Of a DNA stretch of 64,000 bases, positions 1-12,369 are shown piece after piece. The translations under genes and the position numbers were made by a program. The notes beneath the pieces were generated by a model. The model saw only the letters and a program-made list of their open reading frames with translations, did not search any database and was not told the origin of the DNA. Every line of letters starts with the position of its first letter. Within the stretch, counting starts at the first letter, position 1. This DNA comes from Acanthaster planci (lineage: Eukaryota), in contig NW_019091360.1 in NCBI RefSeq assembly GCF_001949145.1, positions 1-64,000 on the forward strand, read 5' to 3'.

Positions 1-740
1 TGTTGCACCTAGCAAATTTAAAAAAAATTGACTTAAATGGACTCTACAAATCGCCTTTTTAATATTTGGACATGGTCAGGGCAATTGTCGAGTCCAAATA
101 CCATCCATGTACTTTTGCTTCCATTAATTCATTTTGCTCAAAATGTAGCTTATGTTCTGTCGTACCCCGAATCAAAATCTTCCGAATTCACTTATAAAAC
201 GGTCCTGAAAATGTCTAATGCACCCAGCTTAGGATTAAGCGAGAATTGGAGATCCCAAAAAATATGGTAATGTTTATTCATATATGGAAAGAAAAGAGAA
301 ATTCCCCTGGCTCTCGTCTTCTTTTCTTGTCATCTTCTTCATTTAGTGATTCAAACTGTATGCAAATTAATGCATCTAAAGATTATGTCGTGACCAAAGA
401 TGGTCGTGATGCACAATGCGCCAAGCTAGCTGACAATTCACAAAGCAGTGTTGACCTATTTATTCCTTAGCAGTGCAATGTCGGACATACTCTTCAATGT
501 GTTTGTCCACTGAAGAATAACATTGTGGGTCATTTCTCTGTTGGTAGAGAGAAGGAAGAAGTTTAAAAATCCAAGCAATGGAAAGACGGATGAAAAAATG
601 AAGGAAATGGAAGTCTATCCCTTCTTTTGGTTTTGGTATCATTTCATTAATGAAGTCACTGATCTATTGTCGTTGCTGAAGTCAACTCTCAGAGTCAGTC
701 ATCACAATTGGTTTTTTTCCTCATGTTTGTTCTTCTATAG

Positions 741-838
741 AAGCAAGCGTAGGAGAGAGTCAAGTTCCAATGAGGACTGTAGTCATGGCGACTCTGACAG
801 TGATGAGGAACAAGAACAGTGGATGGACACAACAGCAG
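741..838 (+). CDS. Candidate internal exon of an unidentified plus-strand gene (basic/Ser/acidic low-complexity peptide)
   Basis: Pyrimidine tract + AG (ttgttcttctatag, 739-740) and CAG|GTAGAG donor at 838/839. Open frame SKRRRESSSNEDCSHGDSDSDEEQEQWMDTTA. No partner exons identified. Confidence 0.4.
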
Positions 839-1099
839 GTAGAGAAGTTGTCACTTTTCAGTCTTGTTTGTTGAGAAATAAGTTTTTGCTGGTACATTTG
901 TCCCTGGCACTTCACTTCTTAAACTCCAAGGTTCTTTTGAAAGTAAAGTTTGTCAGTATATCGGTAATATCCAATATATCAATTTTGCTTTTTATCGATA
1001 TGAACAATATTACTGTATTGAAATTGAATATAGTGGCGGGTAGCCGTGTCAGGCAGGTAGAATACAAATATAAAGAATCAGTAGCACTTTAATGACTAA

Positions 1100-1700
1100 C
1101 TATTAAAGTAAAACTCTGCATAAGCTTTCGTAGCTACAGCTACTTCATCAGATGCAATGAAGTGAACATCATATGGCATGGTTTATATGCTGGTCATTAG
1201 ACAAAAGGTGATGAGTCACTGCTTTAGTGTGACAGAAAGGCATGGTCGCTGTTAAGCCCTCCATTGATGCAGTCCAGTTTATTGATGATCTTCTGTTCAG
1301 CTGCTTCTCTCAGCATCCTGTCCTTGAANNNNNNNNNNNNNNNNNNNNNNNNNNNNNNNNNNNNNNNNNNNNNNNNNNNNNNNNNNNNNNNNNNNNNNNN
1401 NNNNNNNNNNNNNNNNNNNNNNNNNNNNNNNNNNNNNNNNNNNNNNNNNNNNNNNNNNNNNNNNNNNNNNNNNNNNNNNNNNNNNNNNNNNNNNNNNNNN
1501 NNNNNNNNNNNNNNNNNNNNNNNNNNNNNNNNNNNNNNNNNNNNNNNNNNNNTGATATCCATGTTGGTATTTATGTGTAGGCAAAGTTGACATCTGGGGC
1601 TGTTGCAAGGGGTGGTACCATTGTTGGCAGGGGGGGTGAGGGAACTGCTGACCAGATGGTCTTGAAGATTGGGAGGTTGTTTGTAGGCAACAATTGGTTG
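1100..1700 (-). mobile_element. Penelope-like retroelement 3' fragment (Cys-rich linker + GIY-YIG endonuclease C-terminus), spanning an N gap
   Basis: Minus-strand translation PIVAYKQPPNLQDHLVSS...GTTPCNSPRCQLCLHI (~1555-1695) and FKDRMLREAAEQKIINKLDCINGGLNSD (1224-1328), both typical of PLEs, followed by a hammerhead. Confidence 0.8.
1117..1156 (-). ncRNA. Minimal type I hammerhead ribozyme of a Penelope-like element
   Basis: Minus strand reads UGCAU-CUGAUGA-A-GUAGC-UGUA-GCUAC-GAAA-GC-UU-AUGCA: core CUGAUGA/GAAA, stem I UGCAU/AUGCA, stem II GUAGC/GCUAC, palindromic AAGCUU minimal stem III. It lies just 3' of the GIY-YIG ORF end. Confidence 0.85.
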
Positions 1701-2543
1701 CAGTTGCAGAACAAATCACCAAAGCCAAATCCAAACCCTGAGATGAGTTACTCCAGTACAAACCATGTGACAGCCCAGACAGGATCCCCTTGTTGCCGCA
1801 TACAGCCTTGCACTCAAACCCCTGCTATGCATAATTAATGAACTGAACTCTATACTTCAAGATGACACCCTAGAGCAAATCTTCAAGAATAAACCAATTT
1901 GTAATATTGGTATTATCGATATCTGGCCGCTGGTATACATAAATGTACCAATATCGGCAATTATCTATAATCAACAGAGCTTATTTGATAGATGAGCACA
2001 CTTCAAGAAATCCCCACTCACATAATGTCCAGATTTGTGATGTGATAAGTACAGAACAGGGTTCTCCCCAGGATTTTTCAAAAATGTTGGGGATTTCCGT
2101 TGTGGTTTACCAACATTTTGTGAAGCCATGGCATGGGGTTTGGACCCCGCCCAAGGGCCCCGAAAAGTTTTGGACTTTAGATGCTATCAGCTGCATTTTA
2201 GAGCATTTCCTGGGTTTTTCAAGTACCTTTTCTCAGGAAAAAACATAACAAATTCGATATTTTTTTTAAATGTTGCATATTAGTATTTAAACAAATGACC
2301 AGTTTTCCTTTCTGGACTACTAATTAGGCCTGTGGGCACAAAAGGAGTCATTTCAAGTTTCAGACGTGCAACAACATGTAGTGGCTGTCTAATCAACGAT
2401 ATAACCATCCGTTTATTCAGTTTGAATTTTAATACATGCTTCAACTTTTCCATTTTGCTGATCAGACCTGAAACTATGAGCTCCATTCAGTTGTAATGCA
2501 AAACATTACTCGGACACTCTTGATAGAAGCGACATTAAATTGA

Positions 2544-2581
2544 TTGTACACGGACCATCGGTACCGATGGTCTGTGTACAA
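2544..2581. repeat. 38-bp near-perfect palindrome
   Basis: ttgtacacggaccatcggt|accgatggtctgtgtacaa, one mismatch, no loop. Confidence 0.9.
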
Positions 2582-4477
2582 ACCAGAATGGACCAATCAG
2601 GAAACAGCGCCCGTGGCTTGTGTACTGCCAGAACGTAGCCAATTAGAGCGCACATGCTCACCTTGCATGCTCCACACCCGTTGGCCTTCCCACTCGAGAA
2701 TTACAAGCAGATAAACAGTGGCTGACCACAGGGCTTTACGAGCGCTGTGAGAGCATGTTGTTTTGTGATTGACCACTGATTGACCCTTAAGTTCCAAGCT
2801 TTTCAAAGCGGTGGTTGGGCATTGGGTATGTGCATTATCATATCCATCTGGGAAAGCTATCTGCAGGTTATACTTCCCAAATTATGTGGAGGTCTACTGC
2901 GTGTATAATAAATGGTGTACATGTACATGTAGACAACACAAGAAACCAGTGTTCTAACATGCGCAGTCAGAGCTTACAGAGAAAAATAATACAGTTTTTA
3001 TTGAGTCCGAGAAAGCTCATCGTTTTCTGGGACAAGATAACCGAAGAAAAAACAAGGGTTGGGGTCCGTTCGAAAAGTTTCTGGCTAAATAAAACCTTAA
3101 TGTTCAGAGCCATATTATCAAATCTGGCAGTTACATGAAAGCTTTGTCCATTGAGGCATTTCTTGCCCTTCTATTTGATGGAGCTCCACTTCAAGATCGN
3201 GTTTAGTATAGAGACCCATCTTGTCTGTTCCCATGAAAAGAAAAGTTGGTAGGAACGAGTTAAGTTGTGACATTCGAGGAAAACCGTTTTTGTTTTACCA
3301 TGCGTATGTAAACCTTTTGCCCGAACTGTAGTGGACATAAATGGGAAAGGTTGGGCCAGTCGGGTCGCTCTTGATGTGGGTACCACCTTTTTGCATGCTG
3401 ATAGGTTTATATGGCCTTCATCGTTTGGCCGATCATTTTGAAAAGCCTTCAGGCATGAAGTCAGTAGATCTTGAGGGGCTGGGACAACTTGACTGTTGAG
3501 ACAAATCGACCAATAGGACAACTATACCGTCTTCTTGTCGAATTGGCCGACAAGTCGACCGTTAAGCCCAGTTGTTTAGGGGTTGTGGGGTTTACGACAG
3601 GATTCTCGACTCTATACGCCTATAAATATCGTGGCTTACTTGGGCTGTGCCAACAGCTTTGCCTGGCATCCAGAGGTAGGATGCCATTAAATTAGAAGTT
3701 GTTGAGGGTGAGGATGAATATGATGAGATTTACGAGAGTTAGAGTTGAAGATGATGTATATTGGGCGATCGTTAGTGGCTTTAATAAGCAGCGTGGGTAA
3801 GAAACAACTAAACACGTGTTTTGTTTCAGACTTTGTACGCGACGGTCCCCCCCCCGCATTATCACGCATGCAGGGAATGAAGTAACGCTGTCTTGAGCAT
3901 TATTCTTTCTGTTCAGGAGAGACTTACAGCCTGACCGTCAATACCAGTGGTGGAAATACAAACTGTACGCATATAAACTTCTCAAATATTCTGAGCAACC
4001 GGGTCCATCATTCGTCATTTCCGTGATTTGTGTGATTATCTCAGGGAAAAGTGAAGGGCTACCCGTTGTACTGGGACGAATATTGCCCTTATGTCTCCCT
4101 TTGCTTTTTTTATTTCGCCATTTAAACCTTATATTTTGATGTGAGAGCTGCAATGTTAGAGATAAAAAATCACCTCCATGTAAGACCTTTTTAAAAGGTG
4201 TACACACCTAGCCTTAGTTGCAGGCGCGTTCGACTTGATATACCAAAGCACCCACAAATTGTGGTCCAAATCAGCACTCAAGAACATGTTACAACAGCGC
4301 AAAAGCTCATGGAAATGACTAATCATCTAATCAATGATCACATGTCATACGAGAGGATGGCTACCGCCGTAATCATGGCAACGAGTATTTTTTCCGTATG
4401 CCGGCATGACAGTGGCATGACAGTAAAGGAATTAACAAGCAGGGTAGGCCTACTCAGGTAATCGAGGCTTATAAAAT

Positions 4478-4891
4478 AAACATTGTTTACGACGAGGAAG
4501 AAGTAAAATGCGCGGTATATTGAATTATACAATGTTCACTACCCAAGGAAGCTGTAAAATGCGCAGTATCTTGAAACACATACAATGTTCACTACCCAAG
4601 AAAGCCGTAAAATGCGCGGTATCTTGAAATATATGTTCACTACCCAAGGAAGCTGTAAAATGCGCAGTATCTTGAAATATACAATGTTCACTACCCAAAG
4701 AAGCTGTAAAATGCGCGGTATCTTGAAACATACAATGTTCACTACCAAGGGAAGCTGTAAAATGCGCGGTATCTTGAAATATACAATGTTCACTACCCAA
4801 GGAAGCTGTAAAATGCGCGGTATCTTGAAATATACAATGTTCACTACCAAGGGAAGCTGTAAAATGCGCAGTATCTTGAAATATACAATGT
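4478..4891. repeat. 51-bp minisatellite, about 7 copies plus one degenerate copy
   Basis: Unit tacaatgttcactacccaaggaagctgtaaaatgcgcggtatcttgaaata. It produces the 17-aa periodic ORFs at 4525-4896. Confidence 0.95.
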
Positions 4892-4928
4892 TATAAGATT
4901 AAGCTCATCCTTACTCCGAGGGTATTAT

Positions 4929-5022
4929 GTGTTTGTTTGTTTGTTTGTTTGTTGGGGTGTTGGGGTGTTTGTTTGTTTGTTTGTTTGTTGGGGTGTTTGT
5001 TTGTTTGTTTGTTTGTTTGTTT
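4929..5022. repeat. (GTTT)n microsatellite interrupted by GGGGT motifs
   Basis: Read directly. An inverted equivalent is at ~46267-46324. Confidence 0.9.
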
Positions 5023-6711
5023 GGTTCAACCTAGCCCATCTTTAACAATGACTGAAAAAATTCTTTCTCATGGAAATCTAGACAAGAAGACTATATACTT
5101 TTTTGCATCAACTTATAAGAATGCTGTTATTAATGAAAAATTATTTACTAGGCCTGATAGGAGTATTTGTATGTGTGTGTCCTTTCTGGGATGTTCAACT
5201 AAGCTATTTTCATGTCAATTTGGTAGGCACACAATCTGAAACTTATTTTTTTCAACGAATGATACCGTTGTATTTTAATAGTTTTAAAGTGACGCTTTAA
5301 GAATGTGTATCGATATTGTTTCCAATGCTAAAATGTATGTTAAAAGTGTTTTCCTGAAGTAGTATTTAATATCTATTTACAAATAAGATTATTATGCAGT
5401 AGGCATCATATCAGAGACAATTTCTGCATGTATATGACCTCCAAATTTCTGGTTGGCTAGGCACAATGTAAATTATTTATCTGGAAATGAGCTTGCTGAT
5501 TGCCGGCTTATTATTGGTTGCCATGCCAACGTCTATTGATAAATGCGCATGGACATAATTGGACACAGCGTGAAGCCTTTTTATATGACACGTAATTATG
5601 ATTCACATCTCTACAGGTTTTCGCCAGTTTTTACGTCGTCGTATCTGTAATAAATTGCTATTTGGAACCACAACCTTTGGGGTACTATGGAAAATTAATT
5701 TGAAGCGCGATCATAGTTTATCCAAAATGTGCTGACTTTATAAAGAAACAGAATTAATAAAAAAAATAGTATACTCACCACTGAAAACAAAATTTGTAAC
5801 TTATCCCTCATAATTACGATGTCCTAAAATGGACACGCAAATGTTGCTATTCAACTCTAAATGTTGTGGTTCAATTTTTCACACGTTATGGTTTAACTTA
5901 ACACGTTATGGTTTAACAGCTTAGTGGTTTAATTTTTCAAATTAACATTAAAAGTCATGGTTAAACTTTGACCAGTGTTTCTTGTGCGTCAAGTATAACG
6001 CGCCAGTGACGCTACACATACCACAGTCTGTGTACATTCTTATGTTGGATTGTCCAAATCAATTGGATGTATTTCGAGATTTGGCTGGTAAACCAAACGA
6101 TAATTGCTGATCATTTGGTAAACAATACAGTAAACAAATTAATATGGAAAACGTGTCCTTATCAGACCGCACTGTGACATACTGACCGTCAGCTACTGGT
6201 TGTGTTTCGTAGAGACCAGGAATCCAGTTTCTTCCTGTTGTTATTTTGGAGTCAGTGATTGACATACTGAGCGGTATCCACCTTATGTGTTAATACAAAA
6301 ATATCGTTCCGTGTTCTGGTATCCGGTTAACGTTAACTTATATTTACTCGTCGAATCAAAAGTTTGACTGCGCTGCAACACTTGCTTGATACTAAAACAA
6401 CAGTCGATTTAGTATCAATATTGATCACACTGAATGAAATTAGAATAATTACTGTACTACACAACCTTTAATAAAGACTCCAATCATATGATTTGTTATT
6501 ACCATAATAATTCAAACATAATTATGACATATCTTGCTCGTAAAGTAATATGTGGCTGTCCATAAAGTACGTATGCACGAGGGGGGTTGGTGCCGTTGCG
6601 TACACCATTCGTAAAGGGGCTTTCATGAATCTTCCCCATATCAATACACTTTCTCATATACAAATAAATACCAGAATCAGCTTTTCTGTGCCGAAAAAAA
6701 TTCAAACACAG

Positions 6712-6855
6712 TGTTATGTGTAGAGGGTTATTATGGAGCAAGGACAACCTGCATTTAGGTGACAACTTCAGCTACTCTTTTATTTCCAACGTGAGCTCTG
6801 AGAACTATCCGAGAGGAATGACTGACTAGCGCCCTGTATGGTCTGGTATATTACA
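6712..6855 (-). repeat. 3' LTR (144 bp)
   Basis: TG...CA termini (minus strand TGTAATATACC...CATAACA). Matches 12000-12140 with about 9 substitutions and a 3-bp indel by manual alignment. Confidence 0.95.
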
Positions 6856-6867
6856 TCCCCCCTTTTT
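6856..6867 (-). promoter_or_regulatory. Polypurine tract
   Basis: Minus strand AAAAAGGGGGGA immediately before the 3' LTR. Confidence 0.9.
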
Positions 6868-7247
6868 AAAAGAAAGATATGAACATTTGCAACTGGTTTG
6901 GAAAATGGAAAAAAAAATTAAAAAGTTTTACTGTCTAGTTCTTGGTGATCTTTTCTTATGCTGAAGTCCTTTTGTTTTGTTCGTAACAACAGACAAAAAG
7001 AAATGGTGTTTCTTAAAAAAAATGATATAAGTATATAAAAGTCTGTGCATGACCTATGCATCTAACCAAAATAAATAAATAAATAAATAAATAAGGTAGT
7101 GTTATACTTGTCTAAAGTAGTCATCTGCAAAACACTAATCCAACACTTTGCCATGTTAAAAAAAGTAACAACAACATCAAAGAAAATGATGGTGATAGTG
7201 TTCATAAAACTGTTCACAGATCGAGTCTTTTTGGTGGTCTGACCAGA

Positions 7248-8538
7248 TCACGTGATAGTGGGAGTGTTCTGATTTTCTCGTGTTGGGCTATCACGAGACG
7301 GTGGTGCGCCATCTTCGAATGTGACGCGTTTCTTGACAAGTTCAATGTCACAGCACTGTTTAACCTGTGCTGGTGTCCATAAACCAGTGTTCAGATCCTG
7401 GACACGCACTAATTGGCCAGGTTGGAGTGGCTTGAGATCATGGGCAGATCTGTCGTGGTAGACTTTCTGCTGTGCTTGTCTATCCTGTAGGCGCTGGTAT
7501 GTTTGGTCTTTGTGCTCTGATGTGTGCTTGATGACTACCGGTAGGTTGCTCTGAAACTTCCTTCCGCAAAGCAGTTCTGCTGGACTTGGATGTTTGCTGT
7601 CCACTGGAGTCGTCCTTAGACAGAGAAGAGCCGTGCTGATGTTTTGTCCACTGGCCCTTGCTTTAGTCATGGTACGCTTAACGGTTTGGATCATTCTCTC
7701 AGCGAAACCATTCGACTGTGGGAAATGGGGCGACGACGTAACATGTGTGAAACCTCCATTCCTCAGCGAATGTGTTGTATGCTGTAGAGGCATAATGTGG
7801 GCCATTGTCACTAATAACCTTCTCCGGCACACCTTGCTCTGAGAAGATTTGCTGAGTGGCATCAATCACTGCACGACTTGTGCAGTGTGCAGGCATTCTA
7901 CGCACGACAGGAAATTTGGAGTAATAGTCAGCTATCAGAAGGTACTCATTACCTTCGAAGTGGAACAGGTCAGTGCCGAGAATTTGCCATGGTCGCGTTG
8001 GCAACTCGTGTGGAAGTAGGGTCTTCTTGGGTTGAGACCGCTGATGTTCCTGACATGTAGAACATTGGCTCACAACTTGGTCAATGTCTTGGTTCATGTT
8101 AAGCCAATATACAGTGTCTTTCGCTCTGCGCTTTGTCTTGGTTGCACCCTGATGACCTTCGTGCAACTTGTTCAGCGTATATGCATGCATGGATGAGGGT
8201 ATGACAACGCGACATCCTTTCATAAGAATGCCATCTGCTATTGCAAGCTCATCACGGAATGACCAATACGGTCGTAGGGGAGCTGCCAGATCTCTCATCC
8301 GATCAGGCCAACCGGATACGATGACCTGTTGGAGTTCCTGCAGAATTGGATCTCGCGCAGTCTCGCGTTTGATGTCTGTGAGGCGATCAGCAGTGAAATG
8401 CACGAGATTTATCTGAATGTCCAACGGAATATGCGTACCGTCATTTGCCGGCGAGCGTGACAAACTGTCAGCGACTGGAACTTCCTTGCCGGGGCGATAC
8501 TGCAGAGTGAAGTCATATGGCTGGAGATGCATAAGCAT
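7248..8538 (-). pseudogene. Gypsy RNase H C-terminus + integrase (HHCC zinc finger, DDE core), frameshifted
   Basis: YDFTLQYRPGKEVPVADSLSR; LHEGHQG...CSTCQ; WQILGTDLFHF; ISDNGPHY; SSPHFPQSNGFAERMIQTVK continues in a second frame. Confidence 0.93.
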
Positions 8539-10084
8539 CTCCAGGGGGTGCAGATGTGAGCGGTTTCTGATGAATCATCTGAAGTGGTTTTTGGTCAGAC
8601 TCTATCGTGAAATGTTTACCATAGACATATGTATGGTAGCACTCACAACCGAAGACAACCGCCAACATTTCTTGCTCGATGTTTGCGTATGTTGTCTCAG
8701 CACTACTGAGTGCCTTGGAAGCATAGGCGATCGGCTCGCGTTCCTGCATCAAGGTTGCACCCAAACCACGTGACGATGCATCCACTTGAATTGTTGTGGG
8801 TTTATTGGTGTCAAAGTACCGCAAAGTAGCAGAGTCACAGATCAGATCGCGCACTTTCTCAAAACAACGTTGGTGACTTGGAGACCATGCATACTCACAG
8901 TCATTGCGTAGTAGCTTGCGCAAGTCAGCGGTGTGGCTCAACAAGTGCTGGATGAATGGGCTTAAGTATGTAACCATTCTGAGAAACTCGCGGAGCTGTG
9001 TCTTATCGGAGGGAGGTGGCATGGCCTTTATGGCATCCACTTCAGCTGGATCTGGATGGATGCCCCGTGCATCATATACCATGCCGAAGAATGTGATCTG
9101 CTTGTCTTTGATCGCGCACTTGCTACTCTTGAACTTCAGCCCGTTTGCAGCAGCTACAGTCATGAGCTTACGAAGGTTCTTGTCGTGAGACTGGTCGGAG
9201 TCTCCAAAGACGATGATGTCGTCCGCGATTCCGATCACGCCTTCACACTGTTCGAGTATCTGGTCCGTCCGATGTTTGAAAATATCCTGACTGACTGCCA
9301 GGCCAAACGGCATGCGCTTGTAACAATAGCAACCGAAGGGGCTATTGAATGTCGTCAACAGTGAACTCTCCTCGTTGAGGTGGATGGACCAGTAACCGTG
9401 TTTCGCGTCCATCTTGCTGAAAACTGTTGCGCTAGCAAGTTTGTGCGTAATCTCCTCCAGTGTCGGTGTCTTATGATGAGATCGCATGAGTGCCTTGTTA
9501 AGGTCTTTAGGGTCCAAACAAACGCGTAACTGACCATTAGCCTTGCACGAAATGGCGATGCTACTAACCCAATCTGTGGGCTCGGTAACACGTCGGATGA
9601 CACCCTGTGCCTCCATTTTGTCTAATTCCGACTTGAGTTCATCGCGGATGTGAATGGAGCACTTACGTGGGGAGTGTACAACGGGTTGTGCACAATCGCG
9701 AAGCACAATGTGATATGCACCAGGAAAATCTCCANCCCTCACACTGTTCGAGTATCTGGTCCATCCGATGTTGGAAAATATCCTGACTGCCAGGCCAAAT
9801 GGCATGCGCTTGTAACAATAGCGACCGAAGGGGCTATTGAATGTCGTCAACAGTGAACTCTCCTCGTCGAGGTGGATGGACCAGTAACCGTGTTTCGCGT
9901 CCATTTTGCTGAAAACCGTTGCGCCAGCAAGTTTGTGCGTAATCTCCTCCAGTGTCGGTGTCTTATGATGAGATCGCCTGAGTGCCTTGTTAAGGTCTTT
10001 AGGGTCCAAACAAACGCGTAACTGACCATTAGCCTTGCGCGAAATGGCGATGCTACTAACCCAATCTGTGGGCTCAGTAACACG
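8513..10084 (-). pseudogene. Gypsy reverse transcriptase/RNase H (with a duplicated N-terminal RT segment)
   Basis: LRVCLDPKDLNKAL, FSKMDAKHGYW, RMPFGL, IADDIIV, QVDASSRGLGA, YANIEQEMLAVVFG. Confidence 0.95.
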
Positions 10085-11617
10085 TCAGATGACACCCTGT
10101 GCCTCCATTTTGTCTAATTCTGACTTGAGTTCATCGTGGATGTGAATGGACCACTTACATGGGGCGTGTACAACGGGTTGTGCACCATCGCGAAGCACAA
10201 TGTGATATGCACCAGGAAAATCTCCAAGTGCGTCGAACTGTTCTGGGTATGCGGAGACGAGATCCTCAACTGAGCAAATCGGCTGGCTCTGTGGTCTGAT
10301 GTCTGTGTCAGACTGAGTGTGCGATTCAACAGAATAGTTTAAGGCTACAATGTTCAACTGCAGAGCCGTGCGAAGACCAATGATAGCTGGGCCATCGGTC
10401 TCACAGATGTGAAACTCAGCATTGTGCCATTCGGACTGGGCATGTTTGCATGGGAGAGTCAGTGTGCCGTATTGCTTAATCTCTGTGCCATTGTATGCTT
10501 TGAGAACAGCACCAGAGTTAGCAAGATGTCCCTTGCACGGAAATCCATCAGAGTCCAAGTGAGTTGGGTACATTCGACGGTAAACACGAACAGGGATGGT
10601 GTTCGTCTGGGCACCCGTGTCGACTTTCACGTGTAGATTTATGATACAACATTCTGTATCTTGTCGCAGTTGTACGCATGTGTAGGCTTCGTCGCGATCA
10701 CGTGCATTTGGACGAATAGCGGATACGACAATATCAAGTGTGAGTTGTTCGAATGGAACCTCAATGTCACCACCCGAAACCGCAGAGGCGCTGCCTGCAA
10801 ACATGTGCATGTCGTGTTGAGAACGGCGTTGTCTCGACTTGGACCGAGACTGCGATTGTGAGCGACGACGAGTATCTCGGGGAGTTCGCTGGTTTTGTCG
10901 GCCACGTGTAGAATCACTGGGTTGGTGTTTGGACTTGCACATGTTTCTCCAGTGATTGCGTTTTCTACAGTTATCACATGTTGTGTTGTAGGCAGGGCAT
11001 AACTCACGAGGTCTGAAGAGATGTTGCCTACCACAGTTCCTACATGTGCGTCGGCGCTGTAATGCATCAATGGAAGACTGACCATGATGAACATTGGTTA
11101 GCTGTTCCATGTGTGATAAGGATGCCTCGTGAGTACGAGCAATATCCAAACACTGATCAATGGTCAAGGTGTCATCGCGAGCCAAAAGTTGCTTTTGCAG
11201 ATCTGGGTGACACGTTCCCGCAATAAACTGTTTGACGATTCTGTCTGCGAATTCCTTGTCGTCACGAAATTGACATGTTTGGGCATGTAGCTTGAGTTGT
11301 GACATGTAGTCTTCAACAGATTCACGATCCTTCTGCTGAAATTTCTGTAAGTACAGGTGAGCAACACGGAAATTTGTTCTCGGAGTGATCTGTGCAGAGA
11401 GGTGATCCCAAACAATGTCAGGCTTTTTCGCATCAGCCTCAAGTAAGCTCCATGAGTTATACATGCGAAGTCCAGTAGGTCCCATGAAGAGAAATATGTG
11501 GTCGACTTGTTTCTCTGGTTTGACATTTTTGACAGAGAAATGTAGCTCACATTGTTGCCGAAAAATCTGTATGGCACTGGGCAAATCTGGGTCATCCCAG
11601 GTCATGCGAGGTGTAAC
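10085..11617 (-). pseudogene. Gypsy gag + aspartic protease (single ORF; premature stop; 5' part in N gap)
   Basis: CRNCGRQH...CPAYNTTCDNCRKRNHWRNMC double zinc knuckle; KVDTGAQTN protease; AIIGLR. Confidence 0.93.
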
Positions 11618-11988
11618 TNNNNNNNNNNNNNNNNNNNNNNNNNNNNNNNNNNNNNNNNNNNNNNNNNNNNNNNNNNNNNNNNNNNNNNNNNNNNNNNNNN
11701 NNNNNNNNNNNNNNNNNNNNGAGTCTGTCATTGTTCCTACTTGTAAGTTGAGATGACCTCTGACCTCAATAGACGATGCGAGTATCAGTACATGCTGCAC
11801 CGTGACGATCCTAAGCTATACACACAGGCATCGCGAGGCTACTGTACACACACAGTCTATGTATACATGCGTACATGGATTGTCACTCAGTCATTTTCAC
11901 AGAAACGACGGCACATTTCCGAGTCAAATCTCACCTTGTTTTAGGCGATGATGTGAATATCGGTAGTGCAAATGGCAAGGTAGGACCG

Positions 11989-11999
11989 CGCTGCCACCA
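11989..11999 (-). promoter_or_regulatory. Primer binding site (tRNA-Leu type)
   Basis: TGGTGGCAGCG directly after the 5' LTR, complementary to the ...CGCTGCCACCA 3' end of eukaryotic tRNA-Leu. Confidence 0.8.
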
Positions 12000-12140
12000 T
12001 GTTATGTATGGAGGGTTATTGTGGAGCCAGGACGACCTGCATTTAGGTGACTTCAGCTACTCTTTTATTTCCAACGTGAGCTCTGAGAACTATCTGAAAG
12101 GAGTGACTGACTAGCGCCCTCTATGGTCTGGTATATTACA
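12000..12140 (-). repeat. 5' LTR (141 bp)
   Basis: Direct repeat of 6712-6855, adjacent to the PBS. Confidence 0.95.
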
Positions 12141-12369
12141 TCCCCTGGGGTTTTCCTGCCTTGATAAAATTTGTCCATCTTTTCCTCCATGGGTTCCATG
12201 TTACATTTACACAGTAGTACCATGTGTACAATGTTTGAACTTACCTTCTAAAAACTGCCTAAGAGATTATTCCAATGAACACCATTAACACTCATAAAAC
12301 AGGAACTGTTCTTTTAAACATTTCCTACATTTGCTTTTTTGTTTTGTTTTGTTTGGAAATTTTAACAAC

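Larger units (their letters stand above)
6712..12140 (-). mobile_element. Ty3/Gypsy LTR retrotransposon, Mag-like, degenerate
   Basis: Two direct LTRs, PBS and PPT; gag with two zinc knuckles; protease DTGA; RT (IADD); RNase H; integrase. Gypsy domain order PR-RT-RH-IN. Several frameshifts and stops. Confidence 0.95.

Noticed and set aside
523..1092. 189-aa ORF as a whole protein
   Set aside because: Only 741-838 looks exon-like; the flanks read as intron sequence.
4525..5239. Periodic ORFs (17-aa repeat; FVCL repeat)
   Set aside because: Translation artefacts of the minisatellite and microsatellite.
9243..10225. Apparent ~490-bp tandem duplication of the RT N-terminus
   Set aside because: The two copies are separated by a single N (9735) and differ by scattered SNPs and a 4-bp indel. 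Most likely an unmerged contig/haplotype overlap, not a real two-RT element.
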